Source: Octopus sinensis
Taxonomy: Eukaryota
Direction: 5' to 3'
Length of the DNA stretch: 64,000 nucleotides
NCBI RefSeq assembly: GCF_006345805.1
Contig: NW_021832231.1
Location: 969,806 to 1,033,805, forward strand
A model generated the notes under the pieces. That model was given only the letters and a program-made list of their open reading frames with translations, was not told the DNA's origin and searched no databases. Of the stretch, positions 11,392 to 23,912 are shown one piece after another. How positions within the stretch are numbered: position 1 is the stretch's first letter; each line of letters begins with the position of its first letter. Made by a program: the position numbers and the translations under genes.

Positions 11392-12582
11392 CCGGGCCTT
11401 CCATAAGAGACCTGCCGTGACGAAATCTGCAGACACTTTCCGTTCGGGAAGGTTTCGGAGAACGATGTTTGAGAGACTGCGGGAGGCAGAATGAGAGGAC
11501 AGATAAGGCGGAAGGGCCAAATCGGAACAGGAGTGGAGATATATTCCCCAGGTAAGGTCGCATTAGACCAGCCAGAATCGTCGAAAGCAAGGTTGCCTAG
11601 GGAGCTCATACCGAGCTTAAGGATGTAATCGAAATCAGATAGGAGGTCACTTCTGTGGAAACAGGGTGCACATCTTAGCGTATAAAGGACCTTAGGGGCG
11701 GAAAAGTGATTTCGCAGGAGGAAAAATGCAACGTGAGGGTCGATGTTTTTAAGCCTCTTCGAAAATGAAGCTTCTAGAGGGGAAAGAACCATAGGAGCCC
11801 CAAGGATGGATAGATTAGACTTTTCGGCATTACGAACGTCTGGAAGAATATTGGGGCAAACAAAAGAGACGGCAGAGAATAAACTTTGTTGAAGGTGGAT
11901 ATTCATAATTTCAGATTTATTTGCGTTAATGGATAGGCCAATGGCCAAGAGGGATGGAAGGATAATCCAGAGGTCGTCAAAAACCACTTCGGGAGGACCA
12001 CAAATAGTTGCGTCCTCCAGGTATCAAATGTTAACAGGGGATCGGACAGAATGGGCGATGCCATTAACGCCTAAGGCGAAAAGCACAGGACCCAGGGGAT
12101 CGCCTTGCTGGACTCCAGTAGACGAGGTGATAGGAACGTCGTCAGACATAAATATGCTTGGGGATGCGTAAGCGAGATGTACGAGGGAGTATGCGAAAGG
12201 AGCCATTTCGCAACAGCACTTCAGTAAGTGATCCCGTCGGAGTTAAAAGCATTAGATACGTCCAGCTTGACGATAATAAACTCCTCGGGAGATTCTAACA
12301 GCTCATGAATGGAATGGGCCGCGGCCTCGCAACCATTGGAAACGCCGACACCAAGTTGGGCAGGCAGAAAGTTTGGAAACAAACACGGGAGAATGGCATG
12401 ACAGAGAAGCTTAGCGGAGAGCCTCCGAAAAACATTTCCCACAGCGATGGGTCTTACGCCGTTGTCCTTCTTCCCGAGGGCAGTAAGGTTTGCAGAAAAG
12501 AAGATACCGCGAGAAAAATCAGGAAGCGAACCGAAGATGAACTCCCTTTTCTAACTCTCCATAACTTAACTTATTTTCAAAA
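11392..12582 (-). mobile_element. CRE-clade retrotransposon fragment (RT region, internally deleted)
   Basis: GNVFRRLSAK, QLGVGVSNGCE, KLDVSNAFNS and GVQQGDPLGP motifs; similar to the copy at 30.3-33.5 kb; flanked by 14-bp direct repeats at 11378-11391 and 12583-12596. Confidence 0.85.
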
Positions 12583-12591
12583 AAGTATTAG

Positions 12592-13740
12592 TTAAAAGTA
12601 ATGGGCATCAATCTGCTTAATATTCGGCAATATTTTAAGTACACTTGCGACGTAAAGTGGAGATATATTCCCTAAAAATACGAAAGCAAAAAAACTTTTA
12701 GTTGATTCAAACCAGAGAGGATTCCTTTCCAAATAAATACAGCTAAGATTCAACTTGTCGACCAGTTGGTTGAGTTCCGCAAAATCTTCCAATTGGTTAT
12801 TGTCAAACTTTCATAATTGAACAACAACAACCCAGAATTCTTCGAGGAAATTAAGAGAATCCAAATTCTCCAAATGTTTAATGAAATTGCAGGACAGATC
12901 AAGGATTTTCAAATGTATCTTGTAATGAGAAAAGACGGCAACCATATTCTGCAGCCCTTCCATCACAGTAATACCGTTGTGACTCAGATAGAGTTGTCTC
13001 ATTTCAGTAAGTGTACCCAGACCCTCTATTTTAGTGATTCGGTTACTCTGCAATCAAAAAAAGGCCCAACCTGTAAAGAGAAGATCCTCAACTGAGTGTT
13101 ATTTTCCAATCCCTCTATTTTCCTGATTTTGTTTTTCCCCAAATATAGTTCCTCCAAGCTGGTTAAATGAGCGATATTCGATATATTCTTAAATGTACAT
13201 CACTTTTAATACTCTCAGTTTATTATCTCCCAACTCCAGTAGACTCAGCTTCTCGTTACATTCAAGGTTTTCAATCACTTGGATGCGATTGTGCACAAAA
13301 TATAACTTCCGCAATTTCACGAGTGTGTCGAGTCCCTCGATCTTGGCTATTCTGTTGAACGATAGGTCGAGGATTCTCAATTTATATTAAATGACCAACT
13401 CTAAATTGACAAGAGACTCCAAATTCTCGATTTTCTCGATCAAATTGTCGTATAACACGAGTTCTACTAAATTCTCGTTTAAACAAGAAAGATTTTCTAT
13501 TTTCTTGATCAAATTACGTCTGAATGAAATTTCCTATTTTATCAACATCTATCCAAACTTTGCAGCATAGCAAACACTCAAGGTTCTCTATGTTTTTGTA
13601 CCTGCACTCGTCTAAGTACACAGATTCTGAATTTGGATCATCGACAGTCATTACATTGGCTGTTTCCACATTCTATTTAATTATATGAATATATTTTATT
13701 CAACATTTATGTCTGCCTCACTAAAGTCCTCATTTCCCAT
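12592..13740 (-). CDS. PPP1R7: Protein phosphatase 1 regulatory subunit 7 (sds22), LRR protein; 7-8 mini-introns
   Basis: Splicing 23-32 nt GT-AG introns gives tandem sds22-type LRRs ([64 protein letters not shown]); ATG 13740, TAA 12592. Confidence 0.9.
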
Positions 13741-14271
13741 AATAATATTTAAATTTTATATATAATAATGTTTGACAAATACAATAATTAAAAACAATAA
13801 CAATTATAAACATGATATTGCCCATTTTAGGTATATTGTAAAAACATGTTGAATATTTTTCAGTATTTCTCAATAGTTTGCATATCCATTCGAAATCTAA
13901 GAAAAATAATTTCATGAATTTTGCTAGGCAACTGTAACATTAAAATTGGGGAGGGATCCTGCCTATGAATTGATATTGGCAGGAAATGTTTTTGTGGAAA
14001 ACCATCGACCTAGTCTCATGATCGCATAGATTATACTAAATGGCATGGAACAGAACAAATTGTAATCTACTAATGAGCTTATTTAAACTTGTTACAGGCC
14101 TTTATATTTAACTCCATTTTATATCTTCTATGAATGAGAAGGAAGAATTGGATTTCCGGTGTGGTTTGTGATAGTAATTGATTTAGTAAAATAAATTTAT
14201 ATGATTAAAATCTCCATATCTAATTAAACAAATATTTCAGTTTTGTTTCTGTGGTGCACAGTAATTGTAAC

Positions 14272-14934
14272 ATGGCCGTGATTGATAATTTATTGCTTAA
14301 AAAATTATATGAATCTGGAGACCCGGCCCGCTTATTGGAAGATTTGGTGAAAATAATAATAAAATGGTGGGATGAAAGTCCGGGGAGTGCCGCCAACAGG
14401 TAAGAGAACATCTTTTAATTTCTAGTCAGTATACATCTGATTTAGTATGTTCTATCCATCAATGCTTATGTTGGCTCAACAAATCATATATCAAATTCAA
14501 CTGCTATTCTAAAGAAATAGAGAATTATCGTAATTATTGCATAGAAATTGATTCGAAACAAACTGCAGGAATGCAGCACGTGGAGCAGCTAAAAAATGAA
14601 CTTAAGGAAGCCAGGTCTATCAAAAGCCACAGACAAGGTTGGTCACCCAATTTATCAAGAATATTCTATTTTATCTTCGATCATCAAAAACGAACCAAGT
14701 CGGAGTGAAAGCAATGCCAAAATTCAAGTCCTGGAGAAGGAGGTAGCACGTTTGCAGGAGGAGGAACTGCAAGCTAGACAGAGAGTGAGTTTATATATTT
14801 AACAGACCAAGTTTAATAATGGGTTGAAACATTTATATGTTCTCAAAAATATTCTTGTGGAGCTCAGGACTCTGTTCGCACGCAATAGCGACATGCCTCA
14901 TGAACAGTCCGATGGTCGTGTTAATATTTGCTGA
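14272..14934 (+). CDS. THOC7: THO complex subunit 7
   Basis: Introns 14400-14425, 14638-14659 and 14785-14806 give LVKIIIKW...SQY...KEIENY...HRQEYSILSSIIKNEPSR, matching the THOC7 pattern (LVKSFIKW, REMENY, NRQEYDALAKVIQHHPDR). Confidence 0.8.
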
Positions 14935-15499
14935 TTATTATAAATTAATACTTTATTTTTTACTTTGTTGGTTTCTCAGATTCTTTTACTTCTAAGTAAT
15001 TTCGTTACCCTAATGACCCATTCCCAATGTTTGTTAAAGATGATGCAAAGTCAACTTACTTGAATCTATTTTTAAAGGGCAAAACGTGGATATTTCGAAT
15101 GTTAGAAAGTTCTGAGCAAAAAGAAAGCTGAAAATTTTATTCTTATTGACAGAATGGTATATCTGCGAACTACTAATCGACACTACGTGCGTGCTTTAAC
15201 AAACACAGAAGAAATGAAAATCATTGGTCAAAAAATCCACAAAACAAACTATTGTAGACATAATGTTTTGGATGCACTTTGCAGAAGAAAATTTTTATAA
15301 TTAAGCAAAACACAAATTCGTAAAGTCGTTATTATAGATTTGAAAATCAAAATAATCATTTTTCTTGGTTATTGCCTGTAGTAGACATATATTCAAAATA
15401 TGCATTCGCCAGGATCCTACTGAACAAAAACGGGAGAGATGTGGCCAATAAATTAAAAGAAATTAGTATAAATCACCGGCCTTGTAAATATTTACAATC

Positions 15500-17480
15500 A
15501 GACGATAACATTATTATAATTAAAACGTCAAAACCACAGTAAAAACCGAACAAACTTCAAGTGATCCCGATGCACTCAACCAGGGACCTCATCCTCGCTC
15601 GGTGATCTTTCCACAAACGCAAACAAGATCTCACCGGGCAGCTGGTCGCATTTGTCGCGAAATTTGCAAATTAACTGAAGTTCTGCTTGATCAGGTGCTC
15701 CAGAGGAGCCGGACCAGAGCGTTTGTTATCGTGGGACCAACGTTCAGTTAATCTGAGGGGCCTTTGTTGGACCTCCTCGGTTTGCATCCTGTTGGACCAC
15801 GAAAACCGCGCATAGGAAATGGACGGTTCGAAGTATTGACGGTAAATATTCACCAATATCAAGTGGGAACCGTTTTTCCATAAACCGGATAGGCTTCTGA
15901 GCACGTTCATTTTTTCTTCAAATTTACGAAGAAGGTTGTTTGCGTGCAGGGAGAAGCAAAGGTACATGTCGAGTGTCACCCCTAGAACCGTCTGGCTTCT
16001 TTACGAAAGTACGGACACATTGTTCAACTTCAAGTCGACTGAAGCCCTTTCCAATCTTTTATCAGATGTGAAAAGGGACGTGGCGGACTTTGCCGGTTTC
16101 ATTTAACCATAGGTTGAGCCGATTCAAGTTAGCTTGGAGCCTTTTAGAGGCCTTCTGGATGTCCCGGTCCTTAGACCTCCGAGGCACACCCTTCCCCTTC
16201 GTCCACTTAGGAAGTTGGTGATCTTTCTAGGAGTTTGAGTTTCAGTGGAAATTAAGTTTGGAATATCTTCCTTGATATGAGTTTTCTCAAAACAGAGTCG
16301 AAGGCTTTTTGTATGTCTACGGAGCAAAGGACGGTCTTTTGGTGCCTCGGTTTGCTTGCAAAACCGGTACAGATGAAGTTTGACAAGGATTGAAGGTATG
16401 AAGACGTGGACTTCGCCTTCTTGAACCCATGTTGAAAAGGTTTTTCGGTTAAAAATTCTTCTATTTTTCCAAGAACCATCCTTTCTATGATTTTTGACAT
16501 GGAGCATAACAGGGAAACCGGCCTGAAAGTTGCCGGGTTGTCTCTTGGTCTTCCAGGCTTCAGTATCGGCCTTATTAGAGCCTAATTTTATAGTGACGTA
16601 ATCACATTATGGTTGATCGAGTAGTTGAAGATAGTTGTTAGAAACGTGCCCCCTTCAACACCAAGATTTTTAATAGAATGACCGGGATTTTGTCCGGCGA
16701 GGAGAGTACGACGTTTTTGTGGAGTGCAAGGTATCCACCACCTCTTTTACTGAGAAGAGGAGAGGTTCCGACCGTTTCTTTAGGCTTCTGTTTGAAAGAA
16801 GTTAATCCGATTTCCTGTGCTCTTTGTGTGCTGTCTTCGCATAGAAAGTTGTTCACGTCTTTTTGAGCATATTTTTTAGCAGATTCGGTAGTGTCGCCCT
16901 TGGCCAAGTGCCGAATGGCTTTCCACACTTCTCCTGTAGAACGATTACGGTTCACGCCTATAAGGATCCGATTTCATTTCAAAAAAGTGTGTCTGTGTTC
17001 ACTAGTCTTCAATTCTCTGTTCAATGATCTGATACGGATCATTCAACTTCCCTTTTGATCTTCATCGCGATCGGGTTGTGTTCGTTTCTCGTCTCATAGA
17101 GGACTGACCACTCCGTAGTCAATGCGAAAGATGAAGACCATAGAGTTACATCGGGTGACGTAGGTTTATCAGTCATTCTGAGTGGAGTCCTTGTGTTCCT
17201 CGATGGATCGTTCAGAATTGTTAAGGAGTCCAATTGGGAAAGTAAAAATGTTTCTCTCGTATTCGCCGACTGAGTTGACAGCCAAAGGGACTGTTTCACA
17301 TTCAGGTCCCTCCATAAGATACCCCAATCGATGCGTGCCAGATTAGAGAGAGTTGGAAAGCTATAGCTCCTCAGACAAGAACCGGGGGGTGGAATGTACA
17401 TATTGGCCAGCCATAATCGTCCCTTCGTTGTGCCAAGCGAGATCTCAATTAATTCGAGAACCTCATTAAAATTATACATG
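15500..17480 (-). mobile_element. Decayed ingi/I-group LINE (APE, RT, 3' UTR)
   Basis: APE remnant (LANMYIPP, TSPDVTL), RT remnants (SKIIERMVL, QHGFKK, DIQKAFDSV, LGVTLD) across several frames; GC-rich 3' UTR at 15530-15660. Confidence 0.8.
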
Positions 17481-17505
17481 TAAAACCAATATAATTATAG
17501 TTATA

Positions 17506-20500
17506 CACCCCTCGACATAAATATTGGTGAATCTTCAACTTACTTCATTCATACAAAGAATGATTTAATTTTTTCTTCAGATATATTTTAAAATCTGATA
17601 AAATTGATAAAAATTAATTTAATTATTTAAATTTTGAAATTTTGTCTAAGAAATTTAGAAAAAACAACGACTTTCATTGGCATAAAATTTGGTTATTGTG
17701 AGATTAATATGTAGAACAGCGGTTCTCAACCGTGGTCCCCGGGGACCACTAGTGGTCCCCAGAAAATTTTTAGTGGTCCCCAGGAATTTTCAAAAAATAA
17801 AAATATATTAAAGTTAAAAAATTGTACAATTAAGTATAAATCAAAAAAAAAACATGAAATTAATCAAGCGGTTCTCAATCGTGGTCCCCAGAAAATTTTT
17901 AGTGGTCCCCAGAAATTTTCGAAAATAACAATATATTAAATTTAAAACTAATTGTACAATTAAGTATAAATCAAAAACATTGAAATTAATCTGATTTGAT
18001 TAGCGTGGTTTATCATTCTAGTTATGGTTAACAAGAATCGTCGTCTTTGGTCGAATTCTTACGTACAATTTGGATTCACTAAATTCATTGCCCCAAATAA
18101 TGAAATAAAGGCAAAATGCATGATTTGCCATAAAATTTTGGGAAACAATTCACTGAAACCTTCTCAACTTAGGCGCCACAAAGAGTCTGTACACCCAGAA
18201 AATTCTTCCTCACATGAATATTTTAAAGTCAAAAGAACGAAGTTTGATTTACAGCCAAAGCTTGAGTGGTTTAATAAATCTCAAGATAAACCGAGATTAG
18301 AAGCATCATATGCTGTAATTTTAATTTATATCTAAAACAAATATGTCTCAATGATTATCGCAAAAAACAAAGCTGCACATAATTCTGGTGAAAAGTTAAT
18401 CAAACCAGCGGCTTTTGAAATGGCTCGAATTTTGTTTGGTCCGGATGCAGTTACCAAACTTAAGGACATACCATTATCCAACGATTCAATTTCCCGTAGA
18501 ATTTCAGAATTGTCATCCGATATCCTGAAGCAATTAATTGAAAGAATCAAAAAGTAAATGCAGAATAAGTATTCAATTGGACGAGTCAACTGACATTTCT
18601 AACGTCTGTCAGCTTGTGTCCTATGTTCGCTTTGTTGATGATGAGAATATTATTGATGAGTTTTTATTTTGTTTGGAGATGGATGGACACACTCGTGGAG
18701 AGGACATCTTTAATATTTTTGACAATTTTATGAAGACGAATAAAATCCAATGGGATAAAGTTGGATCTATATGTCTGATGGTGCACCTGCGATGATTGGT
18801 CATCAATCTGGACTTGTTACTCGTATTAAGGATTTGGTTCCTGATATTGTTACAAGACATTGTGCATTGCACAAATATGCACTTTGTTTAAAAACTATGT
18901 GTTCGTCGTTAAGAGAAACACTAAACACTATTGTAAAAGTGATAAACTATATTCGATCTCGACCACTTAATCATCGAATTTTCCAAACTCTTTGTGAAGA
19001 GTTAGGAAGTAATCATTCTATACTACTTTATCATTCTGAAATTAGGTGGCTTTCAAGGGGGAAAATCCTTTCGAGAATTTGTGAACTTTCTCCTGCGATC
19101 TCTTTGTTTTTGCGTGATAATATGCAGCATGATTGGGCCGATCAATTCGATGATTTTACTTTTAAATCGAAAATGTATTATCTTGCCGATTTTTTTAACA
19201 TTTTAAATGAGTTTAATTTGTCAATGCAGGGTAAAATTTTTATTAATTTATTTAAAGGTCTTTATATATCAATTGTCAAAGTCAATCAAATAATAATGGC
19301 TTTTAAAAAAAAGTTATTATTGTGGATAATGAAAATAAAAAAAGGAATAACATCAATGTTCCCAATGCTTGAATATCATCTCGGACACAACCCACCGGAT
19401 AATGTTCTTCTAAGTCTGATAATCAAACATCTGGAAAATCTCAAGACAAAATTTGATGATTATTTTCCTGTTGAAGACCCAATTCCAAACTGGATCGTTC
19501 AACCTTTCTTGACCTCATTTAAAGAATATCAGGAACTCAATTTTCAGCAGAGCTTGATTGAACTTCAATGTAATCAGTCTGCTCAGATTATTTTCAAATG
19601 TACTTCATTATTAGATTTTTGGTATTCTCATAAATAATTACTTTTTATTGTTAGGTGTCAGATGGCGAAAGAATTTCCCATTTTGAGTAAAACTGCATTG
19701 GAATCAATACTTGCATTCCCCACTACTTATCACTGTGAAATGGCGATGTCGTGTCTGACTTTTCTAAAAACAAAATATAGAAATAGACTACGGGTACAAG
19801 ATGATATGCGAGTAGCTTTGTCGAACATAGAGCCTGATATAAGTAAAATTATTCTGAGCAAACAAGATCAGAAATCTCACTAAATTACTATTAAATTTTC
19901 TGTTATTTTCATAATGTTCATGTTATTTTTATAATAATATTCGAACATGTCTAAACCTGGCCCTGACGAGGCCAAAAATTGTGCGCTAATACCAAAAAAT
20001 GTTTATTTTATTTAAGGTGGTCCCACAAAATTTTATAGTGCAAAAGTGGTCCCCAGTCTAAAAAAGGTTGAGAACCGCTGATGTAGAATAACCTCCTTTT
20101 GCCGAATAGATCTCCCAACACTTTTTTTTCATTGACTCAACTAATTTTTCAAGTGTTTTTGATGGAATAGAATTCCAAATATCTAATAGATTTTCCTTCA
20201 GTGCCTGAATGTTTTCATTTTTTCTTTGCCTAATTTGAACCTTCATATAAGCCCACAAATGCTCTATCGGATTTAAATCCGCAGATTGCGAAGGCCATTC
20301 TAATTTTTAAATATTTTTTTCGCGAAAATATTGAATAATTATTTTTGATGTATGGCAGGGAGCGTTGTCTTGTTGAAAAATATAGTCAACAATCCCCATT
20401 TTTTGTACAGAAAATGGCAAATTATTGGTCAAAATAGATTGATATTTTGCAGAATTAAGCGTTTTGTCTATAAATACCAAATCGCCTACCCCATGATAGG

Positions 20501-21370
20501 AAAAACAACCCCACACCATGACTTTCCCTAATTTTTTATTACATCATAATTTACCTTTTCCAAATTTGACAGTTGGAGTAATATTTTCGAATTTATTCAT
20601 TTCAAATTTTTTTCTATACACAATTTTTCTTTTTTGGATCGGTAATAATTCAAAAATACATTCATCAGAAAAGATTATTGATCTAAAATCATGGTCTGAA
20701 ATTTGAAGAAATTTTTGGAATCTGGAAACCATGTGTTTTTTTGTTAGAAGTGGTTTTTTCTTTGCAATTCTTCCGAAAATTCCATTTTTATTTAAATTTC
20801 GTATTATGGTTCGAGACGAGACACGTGTTCCAGAAAACTTTTCTATTTCATTAGAGAGTTCAGAAGCAGTTAAAGATGAATTTTCCTCTGATGTGCGTAC
20901 CAAATGATTAATTTGCACATTATTCAAAATTGATAGTCTTCCAGAACCATGTTGGCGGTCATATGATCCAGTTTTATTGTATTTCTTGATAAAATTTACG
21001 ACTGTTGAATATGGAACACCGGTTTCTTTAGAAATTTTAATATATGACATATTTAAGTCGTATAGCGCAATTATTTTCCCTTTCATAAACGAATCGAGAG
21101 TATTATATCTAAAAATATTTTTTTATTAAGATCAATCTCTAAATAGCATAATTTGACGGTTTACATTTTATAACCAATTTTTATGTCACTAACCTAATTG
21201 CCGACATGCTTTAAATTTCTTGAAATATTAAAATTTAAATCTATTTTAATTATAAATACAAAATAAATATTATTTTAGAAGATCTAAAGGATCTTAAAGT
21301 ATGAATTTATTCGTTTTTAAATGAAAAAAAGCAGGAAAGATTAAATAACCAAATTTTTTGTCGAGGGGTG
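17506..21370 (-). mobile_element. Tc1 (DD34E) transposon split by a hAT insertion
   Basis: TIR CACCCCTCGACA, TA TSD at 17504-05 and 21371-72; motifs IFSDE, FQQDN, WPSQSADLNPIEH; 27-nt intron 20528-20554; one nonsense TAA at 20307; the final codons (Y, stop) lie left of the hAT near 17703-17710. Confidence 0.92.
17717..20080 (+). mobile_element. hAT transposon, Buster/SPIN (ZBED5/8-like) type
   Basis: 15-bp TIR CAGCGGTTCTCAACC; 8-bp TSD ATGTAGAA (central TA) at 17709-16 and 20081-88; BED finger and motifs SIQLDESTD, DGAPAM, HCALH, RWLSRG, FPTTYHCE; two 1-nt frameshifts plus mini-introns. Confidence 0.95.
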
Positions 21371-21372
21371 TA

Positions 21373-21700
21373 TCTAGTCAGTTGAGAAGTTAAAGCCCAG
21401 CCGAACGGATTACTTGCACGTTCCCGCGCACGATTGCGAGCGAGATCCTCTGTCTCAACCAAGAGGACTCGCAAGCATCCATTTTCTTCCGAGCAATGAG
21501 GATGCCGAGGTCTTCTATGAAGTATGAGGTGAGCAGACCGGAAGCGCCTGATGTCTCAAAAACCACAGGCACGAAGGAATGCCGATTGGCAAGATTCTTG
21601 TACTTTTCTACTTTGCGGGCTTCCGCCAAAGCCGCGGCCGAAGCAGATGACAGTAAGGCGGATGGGGACCACGTGTCTGCACACGTTAAATGCAAATTGA
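21373..21700 (-). mobile_element. CRE-clade 3' fragment (RLE C-terminal part)
   Basis: TCADT...AEARKVEKY...FVPVVFETSG...WLRQRISLAIVRGN. Confidence 0.85.
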
Positions 21701-22594
21701 ACTGTTATATGAAAACATCGATTCCCAGAGAATTCTTGCTTTGAATTTTCCACGTTTATTCTAATTTGTGTACGTGGTTTAAAGGGAATTTCAGACGCAA
21801 TTTAAAATTAAATTTTTTTTACAAAATATGAGATTTTTGCATCATTTTATAATTTTTTTCTTTCAGTTATCTTGATTAAAGTTGACTAATCTATAACATA
21901 TTTATTTTCTAATCATTTTTAAGCACAAATAAAATTAATTTCAACATAGCCGAGTGTTTTTTGTTTATGCAACAAAATTTTTGTGTTTGATAAAACAAAT
22001 AATGATATAACGATAATCGAATTCGTGGTCACATCCTACTAAGTCAACTGAAAGCATATCGAAAATAAAGAACTTCAACAAGTATAATCTATTTTCTAGA
22101 AATTGGCACAGATCCACAAGGCAAGAGTCGCGATATATTTGTCGTATTGATGTGGGATAGAGTAGTGACCTTTTTCTATACGTCCTACATGAAAAAATTG
22201 AATATAGATGTTTCGACTAAGGCCTACATTTAGTCAGTGACAATCAAGAAAACGTTGAAGGGAGGGTTGCGAACAAACGTGGCACGAATGTTGAAAACCA
22301 CAAAATTACAAAAAAGACAGATAGTCTTATAGCTTGAGGAGTAAAACTGGGAGTGTCAGTCGAACTGCCAGAGGAGTCGGTGATCGTTCTCAACCTGAAA
22401 TCTCTCTTAACCGGTGACAATAATTAAATGTCACAGACATTGTTAATATTTATACACATAAAAATATTTGTGTTTAGGAAAATACAAATAAATGTTCGTT
22501 CAATAAAATGCGTGGATCGAAATGGAATTTAATATTAGCGTAGGATGCTTGAGGTTAACCACTTATAAATATAGTTTTTCAAATGACAAACTGA

Positions 22595-22895
22595 ATGATG
22601 GGAAATAATGACGTAATTAAAGTTCACTCACGTTTTTAGGATGAAGTCACAGAAATGCTTGACGACTTAAATATTGTTCCGAATAATAATAAATTTGAAA
22701 AGTAAAGAATTTTTTATAAATATTTTTAGTTTTGTCAACGAAAAAATTGATGATCCGAAATACAAATGGGAAAAGTCAGAAAACGAGATTGGACCGCGCG
22801 AGGAAAATCTGTATTTATTAAACATTTTATAATTTTTTAGTTATGTTACATCTGCGAATGTCATAAAGAATTTTGATGAATCCGAAAACAATTAA
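22595..22895 (+). CDS. Small acidic orphan ORF or 3' part of a longer gene (4 exons)
   Basis: Three GT-AG introns of 27, 28 and 30 nt keep one frame: MMGNND/DEVTEMLDDL...KFE/NFVNEKIDDPKYKW...ENL/YVTSANVIKNFDESENN*. Confidence 0.4.
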
Positions 22896-23757
22896 ATGTT
22901 CCTTTATAAAACTATATTTACTCGATTGTTTTTTTGTTTTTGTATAGATTTTCCTTTTCTAAATGAATTTTTGTCAGATGATATGAACTGCAAATTGAAA
23001 GGCTGTGAAAGGGTTCTCAGGATCAAAACATATTTTCTCAAAAACGGCTAGAAAAATCTGTCAGAAAACACAGTTTCCCAGAAGATCGATTCTCTTATTC
23101 GTAACTTGGTCTTATTTATTTAGTCCTACATATTGAAATTCTCCATTTAAACAGTAAGAAAAATAAAAAGATCCTATTAATTCCGGTAAGTTTTTTTCTG
23201 CAGCTTCTCTTATTTCAAGACTGAAATTTTAAATATTAGGTCAAGGCGTCAGGATTCGTTACTGAAAAAGTATCGCTGGTAGTTTGCGTTTTATGAAGAC
23301 ATTTTTTATTTACCAAACGAAGAGAAATATCTCGTGTGGACTTATTCTGACCGTCATCTAGGTCTATGCAGTTTTAGGTACTTGAGAGAATGAGACAATT
23401 TAATTGATCGCCTCGTGTTTTAAGACCTATTTAGTCTAGGTATTAGACAGAAAGGGCCAAATAAGAATTGGGACAAACCACATATCGATCAAAGTCGTAT
23501 TTCTAATCCAATAAAGTTTCTAGCATTGAAAGCTGCATCTAGCTCACTCATCCCCCGGTTACCGACTGGTTGCGGTTCCAAGGTAAGTAATCGATAATTG
23601 TCTGAGGTCTTTTTTTAGCTGTTTTGACATTGTTTTGTAATCGCTTTCCACGTTTAACACTAATTTGTGGACGTGGTTAAAAAGGAGTGGCAGCCGCAAG
23701 TTAACATTGAATTTTTACAAAATATAAGATTATTGGATTATTATATAATTTGTTTCT

Positions 23758-23912
23758 GGGGCAAGACGCTTACTCATCTGAAGAAACTTGACCGTCTGTG
23801 CACCCATCGTTCTAGAGATCCCAGGGAATTTATCTTCTTTTGTCAGAGGATCTCGCTGGCTGTTTTACGCGGGAATTGTTTCTCAATCCTGCGAGCCGGT
23901 ACTTAATAGCTA
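23758..23912 (+). mobile_element. 155-bp 5'-truncated CRE 3' end with 22-bp TSD
   Basis: RSRDPREF...QRISLAVLRGNC; GATTATTATATAATTTGTTTCT at 23736-57 and 23913-34. Confidence 0.85.

Noticed and set aside
14940-15480. Possible small membrane-protein gene tail-to-tail with THOC7
   Set aside because: Only short hydrophobic frames; no consistent splice model.
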